A DNA stretch of 64,000 nt from an uncultured Spirochaetota bacterium. Its GTDB lineage: Bacteria; Spirochaetota; UBA4802; UBA5550. Below, one piece after another: positions 59,816-64,000 of this stretch; the first letter of the stretch is position 1; every line of letters starts with the position of its first letter. The notes beneath the pieces are model-generated. The model was not told the DNA's origin. It made no database searches and saw only the letters and a list, made by a program, of their open reading frames with translations. The position numbers were made by a program, and so were the translations under genes. The stretch is taken from NCBI GenBank assembly GCA_937872225.1, contig CALMRZ010000033.1:16315-80314 (forward strand). Reading direction: 5' to 3'.

Positions 59816-61096
59816 TCATTTCCCGCCGGGGCCGTCGATCCTCTTGACCAATTCCACTCCGTTGCCCTCGTCATTGTAGCGGACTTCATCGAAGATTTTC
59901 GATGCCATGAGCACCCCGCGTCCGTGGGCGGTGAAGTTGCGGTTTATATCGGCCATATCCCGCTCAAAGAAACCCTTGTGATCGAACCCCGGCCCGTCAT
60001 CAAGGATGGCATAGCGCGCTTCGCCGGGAGCGATTGAAAATCCTATGCGAACCCGCCGTTCCCGGTAGTTCGGATTCGCCTGCCGCGCGCTTATGAAATC
60101 AAAATAGTTGCCCTTCTTCAGGGCCTCGCTCTTCTCCTCGTACGATATTTCCAGGTTTCCGTGCTCAATGGCGTTGATGATCATTTCCACCAGCGCCAGC
60201 CTCATCAGCTCCACGGTATCGGAATCGAAATAGCGTTTCAGGTTCCTGGTCATCCGGTACGTGACGTCCCCCACCAGGTACAAGTGGTTCCCCATGACGA
60301 GGTTCTGGTTCTCGGATATGAAAAATTTCAGCAGCTCGTCCTCTACGACCCGGTACGCCCTGCCCATGATAAGCTTTCCGTCCGGGATGGAGATATATTC
60401 AAGGCGCACGTTCATCTCCACCGGCTCGTTGCTGTAGCCGACCTTGAATATGGTTTTGAAATTCAGGGGGCGCCGGTTCCTGGCGAAGGAATCGAGCTTT
60501 TCCCGCACAAAACTGACCCGGGCCGGGTCCCCGTCAGCGGGAACCGAGAGAAGTTCCAGGAAGTTCCGTGACAGTATTTCATCCGGATTCATGTTCAAGT
60601 AGTTCACGACCGCCCGGTTGACCGACAGTATTGTGAAATTCTCATCCAGGGTGAAGATGATGTCGTTTGAACCTTCAAAGATACTTTTGTATTTCTGCTG
60701 GCTCTCCTCGAGCTTCCGCTCGTACTCGTAGCGGGTGAAGGCGGTTTCAATGGCTACCAGCAGGTCCTTCTCGCGGTACGGCTTGATGACAAAGCCGAAG
60801 GGAGACGTCTTCTGCACTTCCTCTATTGTTTCGCCGTCGGAATAGGCCGTCGTGAATATCACCGGGACATTGATGCCCCTGCGTATCTCCTTTGAGGCTT
60901 CGATGCCGTTCAGCTTTCCGGGGAGTTTGATGTCCATCAGGATCAGGTCCGGCGGGGACGCGAGGCACCGGGAGATGGCCTCCTCGCCGCTGCCCGCTAT
61001 ACCGGTTACGGTATAGCCGAGGCCGTCGAGAATCCTCCGGAGCTCCATTGCCACAATGCCGGCGTCTTCAACTATGAATATTCTTTTTGATACCAT
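59816..61096 (-). CDS. Response-regulator receiver, PAS and GHKL ATPase (RsbW/SpoIIAB-like, no HisKA) partner-switching-type regulator.
   Basis: REC (IFIVEDAGIVAMEL...DLILMDIKLPG), PAS, N-box LALVEMIINAIEHGN and G-box ILDDGPGFD. Confidence 0.75.
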   Translation of the reverse strand: MVSKRIFIVEDAGIVAMELRRILDGLGYTVTGIAGSGEEAISRCLASPPDLILMDIKLPGKLNGIEASKEIRRGINVPVIFTTAYSDGETIEEVQKTSPFGFVIKPYREKDLLVAIETAFTRYEYERKLEESQQKYKSIFEGSNDIIFTLDENFTILSVNRAVVNYLNMNPDEILSRNFLELLSVPADGDPARVSFVREKLDSFARNRRPLNFKTIFKVGYSNEPVEMNVRLEYISIPDGKLIMGRAYRVVEDELLKFFISENQNLVMGNHLYLVGDVTYRMTRNLKRYFDSDTVELMRLALVEMIINAIEHGNLEISYEEKSEALKKGNYFDFISARQANPNYRERRVRIGFSIAPGEARYAILDDGPGFDHKGFFERDMADINRNFTAHGRGVLMASKIFDEVRYNDEGNGVELVKRIDGPGGK

Positions 61097-61306
61097 AGCG
61101 CCAAACCAGGTCCAGTTATAGGGATGGATGCATCCGCAATTATATTGAGCGTTTCAGCCGTGTCAATTGTTTAATGGCACGCTTTATGCTTTCAAATCCG
61201 CGCAATCCCTGTCAATTCGGTGGCGATCGGACTGCACGGTATCACCATCCTGAAAAAATGCTTGCCCCCGGCTCCGGCCATTGTATACTTCCCGAAAATC
61301 ATGGGC

Positions 61307-61765
61307 ATGTCAAAGCTAAAACCGGTCCGTACCGCCGCGCTCATTATCACAACCGTCCTGAGCATCGCCTTCACGGCCGTCTGCGCCGGTGATCTCCGCA
61401 CCGACATCATCGACACCGCGAAAAAACATATCGGGGCCCGGTACAATTACGGCGGCATGACCGCGGAGGGATTCGACTGTTCCGGCTTCGTCCAGTACGT
61501 GTACCGCCAGAACGGCATTGCCCTGCCCCGTTCAACGGTGGATCAATTCGATAAAGGGAAAAAAATCGACTTCAATGACGCGAAGCCAGGGGACCTGGTG
61601 TTCTTCAAGATCTACCGCAACCGGATTTCACACGTGGGGATATACATCACCCGGGACCGGTTCATCCACGCCCCGTCATGGGGCAAGCGCGTCGGCATCG
61701 CCGACATGAACCTGGAATACTGGCGGAAAAGCTTCGTCGGCGCGGTCACCTATATCGACAGGTAG
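61307..61765 (+). CDS. NlpC/P60 (C40) cell-wall peptidase.
   Basis: GFDCSGFVQYVY...H catalytic Cys/His pattern; signal peptide. Confidence 0.85.
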   Translation: MSKLKPVRTAALIITTVLSIAFTAVCAGDLRTDIIDTAKKHIGARYNYGGMTAEGFDCSGFVQYVYRQNGIALPRSTVDQFDKGKKIDFNDAKPGDLVFFKIYRNRISHVGIYITRDRFIHAPSWGKRVGIADMNLEYWRKSFVGAVTYIDR

Positions 61766-61784
61766 GTCGAATGCGCCCGCCGCA

Positions 61785-62408
61785 TCATCCCTTCATCCTG
61801 AGGAGACTCGCCACCAGTTTGAGAACCTCGTTCTGAAGATCATCGTTGTTCATCTTCTGGAATTTTCTTCTTTTCAGAACATAGAAGTGATAGTTCAGCC
61901 TGAAGACGACCCCCAGAATAGCATTGCCCGCTATCTCCACATCAATGTCCTTGGGGATATTCCCCCAGCGCTGTCCCAGCTCGATATCGCCCGTGATCAC
62001 CTTGAGTATTTTTTCTTCAAGATGTTTCATGACCGATTCGAATTCCGCATTCAATCCCACGGCGATCCTGAGAATAATGTTTGTCCGTTCCTGGTTCTCG
62101 CTCCAGAATTCGGCTGTTTTTTTCAACCGGTGCCGCAGGTATTCCATCGCATAGTATGAACCGGGTTTATTGCCGCCGAAACCTTTCAGGTCCAGGGCAA
62201 CCGCCTTTTCCCATTGGCGGAGGTAGGTGCTCAAAAGAGTTTTGAACACGTCATCCTTGTTTTCAAAATACTGATAGATTGTTCCCTTGGCGACACGGGC
62301 CAATTTGACAATGTCAGAAACCTGGGTCTCATAATATCCGTTTTTGGAAAAGGCCTTTTCAGCGCAGTGCAACAGGCGCTCCCTTGTCTGTTCCCCTTTC
62401 TTCAGCAT
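61785..62408 (-). CDS. TetR-family transcriptional regulator.
   Basis: HTH RLLHCAEKAFSKNGYYETQVSDIVKLARVAKGTIYQYFENKDDVF. Confidence 0.85.
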   Translation of the reverse strand: MLKKGEQTRERLLHCAEKAFSKNGYYETQVSDIVKLARVAKGTIYQYFENKDDVFKTLLSTYLRQWEKAVALDLKGFGGNKPGSYYAMEYLRHRLKKTAEFWSENQERTNIILRIAVGLNAEFESVMKHLEEKILKVITGDIELGQRWGNIPKDIDVEIAGNAILGVVFRLNYHFYVLKRRKFQKMNNDDLQNEVLKLVASLLRMKG

Positions 62409-62572
62409 AGATTTAATCCTGTATTTTTGTATGCAATGCACTGTGTACAACAATTGGTCGGAAATCAAGCAAAATTAATTTATATTTTCCATTAATAATT
62501 TCATTATGAAGACGATACAATGATATCATATAACAACCGGAATGTTTTTTAGAACTGAAGTGTCAGTTTTAA

Positions 62573-62600
62573 TTGACAAATTTTTCAGGAAAATTATAGT
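62573..62600 (+). promoter_or_regulatory. Near-consensus sigma70 promoter (TTGACA, 16-nt spacer, TATAGT) with no protein-coding gene downstream for ~450 nt.
   Basis: ttgacaaatttttcaggaaaattatagt read directly from the sequence. Confidence 0.45.
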
Positions 62601-62606
62601 ATCCTA

Positions 62607-62830
62607 AAATAATAATTGCCTTTTATTGTGTAATATACATAAAGTGAATTGTGAAATTCTCTTGCTGTCCGTTCGCTCAGGGGAAATTTACTTTCAAATT
62701 CCATTTCTATAACAGGTTGTTATAGAATAATTGTAAAAACAATGAGGGGAGAACAATAGCGAATCAAATAAGATTTTCAAATAATTACAAATTGAATATA
62801 ATCAACCGTCTGGACGGTTTGTTTTTTTGA
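62607..62830 (+). ncRNA. Candidate ~220-nt small RNA delimited by the 62573 promoter and the 62804 terminator. No ORF longer than 22 codons and no RBS inside.
   Basis: A promoter-terminator pair bracketing non-coding AT-rich sequence between a TetR gene and a FadL-like gene. Confidence 0.3.
62804..62830 (+). terminator. Intrinsic terminator: aaccgtc-tg-gacggtt stem followed by tttgttttttt.
   Basis: Read directly from the sequence; T-tract of 10 out of 11. Confidence 0.5.
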
Positions 62831-63063
62831 ATTCCTTTTCCAGTGAATTTTTGAGAATACTTAATTATTAACCCCTATTCAAGCATGATAACTGCGACAA
62901 ACGAGGACGGAGATAATACCATATCACCGTTTCATTACTGAAAGGCAGGGATACGGGAGACTCGTGGATATCGTGTCCCGAAATAATATAGAAGAATAAC
63001 AATCAGGTCTAGTATCCTGAGATGTATTCAATCAGTCGCAAGAAAAAAAAATTTAGGAGATAA

Positions 63064-64000
63064 TGGGTGCGGTAATGAAATCGAAACATTTAATCATTCT
63101 CAATACGCTATTGTTTGCCATCTGCTTATCCGCCAACCTGTTTGCCGCCGGTTTCGCTGAAACATACGGCATGTCTGCGGAGGGGATATCACGGGGCAAC
63201 GCCATGACGGCGACCGTCAACGACTGGTCATCGGTATTCTACAACGTTGCCGGTCTCGGCAGAACACAGGGCTTGACCGCCGCGCCGGCGGCCAAAGAGG
63301 GGGAAATGACGCTGAAGCTGAGAAAAGCGGAAAGCGAGGGAGGCGATTCAGGAAAGAAGGACATTTATCCCAGCCAGTTCGCCACCAGCCTGCTTGTCAC
63401 CATACCCAAGCTCAAGCTGAACATCAAGCGCTACAACAACACCGGCGGCGGAACGCCTACCTACTACCCGGAAAGCACCAATGCCGCGAAAATGAACCCC
63501 TACGGGTTCCTCATCATAGGCGGCGTCCTCGATCTTAACACCATAATAAAGATGCCTGATTTCATATCCTCCGCCCGGCTGGGCATCGGGATGGGCATGA
63601 ACTGGGACTTCAGCATGGTAAAGGTCAACGATATCGACCCGCGGACCCATAATTTCATACGGTACGGGAAGGAATGCCAGAGGGCCGAGGTCTTTATCGG
63701 CGCCGGCATGGGCTTCCTTAACGACGCCTTCGGCGGCGGCCTCGGCGTTAACGTTTCCTTCCACGGGAAAGGAAAACTCTACATGGAAGCGCAGCTGACC
63801 GGCGATCCCCAGATACCCATCGGCCAGACCAACATGGACCTTGTCATCGCTCCCGCCGCGATCTGCGGCATATACTTCAGCCCGGGAAAATTCATCCAAG
63901 CCATCAACGGCCTCGACATCGGCGCCTCATACCGGATGGCGGCGAAGATGAAAATATCCCCCTTTGACGCGGCCGCGGGCATCCTCGGCGGCGCCATCAG
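63064..64000 (+). CDS. FadL/TodX-family outer-membrane hydrophobic-compound transporter. Partial: the C-terminus runs off the window end, and it is not in the ORF track.
   Basis: AGGAGA RBS; signal peptide; FadL N-terminal signature (AGFAETYGMSAEGISRGNAMTATVNDWSSVFYNVAGL). Confidence 0.65.

Noticed and set aside
1-64000. CRISPR arrays, tRNA/rRNA genes, transposases/integrases, prophage genes
   Set aside because: I scanned intergenic regions for direct-repeat/spacer periodicity, cloverleaf-sized conserved elements and IS terminal inverted repeats; none were found.

Overview
This is a GC-rich (~60%) bacterial chromosomal window of about 55 genes. The gene content is consistent with an environmental Gram-negative, possibly deltaproteobacterial-like, lineage: two 7TMR-DISM signalling proteins, a partner-switching-type response regulator, two multi-TM chemoreceptors and fatty-acid and glycan catabolism genes; the taxonomic guess is inference only. 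Main blocks, in order:
- a partial Ser/Thr kinase at the left edge (minus strand, runs off the window start, not in the ORF track) and two long-chain acyl-CoA synthetases flanking a 7TMR-DISM/PP2C phosphatase;
- a minus-strand signalling locus MCP -> FabH-like KAS III -> Nif11-like small protein -> 62-aa ORF -> 7TMR-DISM histidine kinase -> LuxR-type response regulator;
- divergently, a second Nif11-like paralog, a WYL-domain regulator, a Kef-type antiporter, a DUF3124-like protein, an orphan DNA methyltransferase and a second MCP;
- an Asn/Gln-tRNA transamidation operon encoded as two fusion genes (GatA fused to an archaeal-type AspRS, and GatC fused to GatB); I consider this the most unusual feature;
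- housekeeping genes (M24 and M20 peptidases, UbiE, TetR regulators, SCP2) and a lower-GC lipoprotein gene flanked by AT-rich DNA;
- a glycan-utilisation locus (GPH symporter, RHH-like protein, GH127, GH2) followed by an IclR-controlled catabolic cluster (cupin, ADP-forming acyl-CoA synthetase, BKACE/Kce, RpiB-like, TPP enzyme, Gfo/Idh/MocA-SCP2) with no obvious substrate;
- a solute:sodium symporter pseudogene with an internal deletion, an aldehyde dehydrogenase, an APC permease, a REC-PAS-GHKL regulator, an NlpC/P60 peptidase, a second TetR, and a partial FadL-like outer-membrane transporter at the right edge (also not in the ORF track);
- an orphan sigma70-like promoter plus intrinsic terminator bracketing ~220 nt of non-coding DNA, a candidate sRNA.
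No rRNA, tRNA, CRISPR array or recognisable transposase was found. Many long antisense ORFs in the track are GC-driven shadows and are listed under rejected items.
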